This document shows positions 62,385 to 64,000 of a stretch of DNA of 64,000 nt, in pieces. The stretch is from assembly GCA_965115855.1 (NCBI GenBank), contig OZ220470.1, positions 2,328,422-2,392,421 of the forward strand. The letters are read 5' to 3'. A program made the position numbers and the translations under genes. The stretch is from Vicinamibacteria bacterium (GTDB lineage: Bacteria > Acidobacteriota > Vicinamibacteria > Marinacidobacterales > Marinacidobacteraceae). Every line of letters begins with the position of its first letter. Within the stretch, counting starts at the first letter, position 1. The notes beneath the pieces are model-generated. The model saw nothing but the letters and a program-made list of their open reading frames with translations. It searched no databases and was not told where the DNA came from.

Positions 62385-63602
62385 ATGGCCCACTCGTTTT
62401 CCCGGCGGGGTTTTCTCGGGGTCGCGGGCGCGTCCGCGGCGCTGTCAGCAGGGGAAGCGGGCGTGAGGACCGGCCCCCGCACGGAAACGGCCGAATTCGG
62501 CCAGTCGATGTGGGAACAGGATACTCCGGCGTTGATCGTGGATCTGGACGCGTTGGAGCGGAACATCGCCCGGATGGCGCGGGCGACGAACGCGAACGGA
62601 ATCGTTCCGCGGCCCCACGCCAAGACGCACAAGTGCCCCCACATCGCGCGGATGCAGCTCGACGCCGGCGCTGTCGGGATTTCGGTTGCCAAGACGGGCG
62701 AAGCGCAGGCGTTGTTCGACCACGGCATCGAGGAGCTGCTGCTGACCACCAGCAACGTCACCCCGTTCAAGATCCGCCGCGCGATGGGGCTCCGGAAACA
62801 GTGTCCCGGGTTCATCCAGGCGACGGATACCGAAGCGAATGTGCGGATGTTGTCGGAGGCGGCCGGCGCCGCCGGAGTCGCCGCCGATGTGGTCGTGGAT
62901 GTGGACCCCGGCGGCCACCGCACCGGGGTAGCCGCCGGCGAGCCGGCGCTGCAACTTGCCCGGCTGGTGGATCGGCTACCGGGGCTGCGATTGCGCGGCC
63001 TGCTCTGCTACGACGGCGGTTCCCAGCATGTGAAGGGCTTCGGGGCTCGCGAGGCACAGACGCTGGAACGCCTGGCGGCTGCGGCCGACACCTGCGAACG
63101 GATGAGGGCGTCCGGCCTCGACACCGGCATTTTCAGCGGCGGGGGGACCGGCACCTACAACATCGACCACCAGACGCCCGGGTTGACCGATGTGCAGGTG
63201 GGCAGCTATGTGTTCATGGATGCCCAGTACCTGGAGATCGGAGGCCGTGACAACCCCGACGTGTACGACGACTTCGAGCCCTCGCTCACCATCCTGACCA
63301 CCGTGCTGAACGCCCGTCACGAGGGACGGGCGACCACCGATGCGGGCGCCAAGGCCTGCACCATCAACCGGCCCTGGCCGATCGTCAAGGGCGAGACCGG
63401 GATGAGTTACACCTCGGGTTCCGACGAGTTCGGCTCGATCCGGTACGAGGATCCGAGCCGGGTCTACAGGGTCGGCGACAAGCTCGAGCTCATCGTCTCC
63501 CACTGCGATCCGGTGGTGAACCTGTACGACCGGATGGTCGCGGTCCGCGGCGGGGTGGTGCAGGCGGTCTGGCCGATCGCGGCGCGCGGCATGTCCACCT
63601 GA
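62385..63602 (+). CDS. PLP-dependent D-serine deaminase-like / D-threonine aldolase family enzyme (alanine racemase N-terminal fold) with twin-arginine signal
   Basis: Tat motif SRRGFLGVAGASAALSAG. PLP-Lys block PHAKTHKCP. DSD1/D-TA family architecture. Confidence 0.75.
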   Translation: MAHSFSRRGFLGVAGASAALSAGEAGVRTGPRTETAEFGQSMWEQDTPALIVDLDALERNIARMARATNANGIVPRPHAKTHKCPHIARMQLDAGAVGISVAKTGEAQALFDHGIEELLLTTSNVTPFKIRRAMGLRKQCPGFIQATDTEANVRMLSEAAGAAGVAADVVVDVDPGGHRTGVAAGEPALQLARLVDRLPGLRLRGLLCYDGGSQHVKGFGAREAQTLERLAAAADTCERMRASGLDTGIFSGGGTGTYNIDHQTPGLTDVQVGSYVFMDAQYLEIGGRDNPDVYDDFEPSLTILTTVLNARHEGRATTDAGAKACTINRPWPIVKGETGMSYTSGSDEFGSIRYEDPSRVYRVGDKLELIVSHCDPVVNLYDRMVAVRGGVVQAVWPIAARGMST

Positions 63603-64000
63603 CGACCTTGCGTTTCCTCCATCCGATCGACCGGCGGATGCCAATTCCGACCGTTCCTCTCCTGGAACGCAGGAATCAGCACGCCCGCGTCGCGCCGATG
63701 CACATTCCGGCTGGGTAGGCAGCGAAGGGGAGCAGCGCTTGCCCCATGGACCCTATACTGAGCCGGTGGAGGGAGGTGGGATTACTGCGAATGGTTCCCG
63801 GAATGCCGAACTGCGAGTGCCGGCCTGCGATGTCACCAGGAGTTGCCGTCAGGATCGTCGCCGGGGGGCAGCCAGGAGTTCTCTGCGAAGGTGTGGCATG
63901 GCTGCTCGGAATGGCCGGAACGAGTGTGACCTGTCGGGAGCCGAACGAGGCGGAACGGGAATGACTCCACGCGCCGAACTGCGGGTGGCCGACGCGCCTC

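Overview
High-GC bacterial chromosomal segment (about 70% G+C by eye), probably from a Gram-negative bacterium; the phylum cannot be fixed from sequence alone. In high-GC DNA the six-frame track produces long spurious antisense and off-frame ORFs, so gene calls rest on recognisable protein families, signal peptides and operon overlaps.

Backbone content:
- guaB, secA, an M23 peptidase, a CcdA/cytochrome c/TlpA redox cluster, a DAACS symporter, RNase D, an NhaC-type antiporter and phenylalanine hydroxylase.
- A GAF-PP2C phosphatase, a sirtuin, myo-inositol-1-phosphate synthase, an AmiC-like amidase, rph-rdgB and five tRNAs in two clusters (35695-35968 and 60105-60270).
- A Zn-ADH / ArsS-like radical SAM / CMD trio, M18 and M19 peptidases, an SSS transporter, an SDR, an FAD oxidase, an acyl-CoA dehydrogenase, a nucleoside hydrolase, alkaline phosphatase, thiI and a Tat-exported DSD1-like PLP enzyme.

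Accessory and unusual content:
1. A roughly 1470-aa autotransporter (FN3 domains, five ~100-aa passenger repeats, C-terminal beta-barrel). Its N-terminal leader is interrupted by a 17-nt poly-G (poly-C in the mRNA) tract. A change of -1 or +2 nt would fuse an upstream SD+ATG to the signal peptide, which makes this a candidate slipped-strand phase-variation switch.
2. A diverged paralogous copy of this leader module with only 6 C lies 2.1 kb away, beyond an IS insertion.
3. Two identical 1439-bp ISL3-family elements. Copy 1 is nested inside an internally deleted ISL3 relic. Copy 2 interrupts a low-GC island gene encoding a beta-class DNA methyltransferase fused to an HNH nuclease. That gene also carries a 16-nt poly-C tract that frameshifts it (a candidate phase-variable methyltransferase, phasevarion-like).
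4. A low-GC BglII-like Type II R-M pair next to an extended COG1373/DUF4143 ATPase.
5. A 125-bp, three-copy tandem repeat spanning the stop/start overlap of the SSS transporter and SDR genes, creating a chain of translationally coupled 42-aa mini-ORFs.
6. Both homopolymer tracts could instead be sequencing or assembly artefacts near repeat boundaries; read-level verification is needed.
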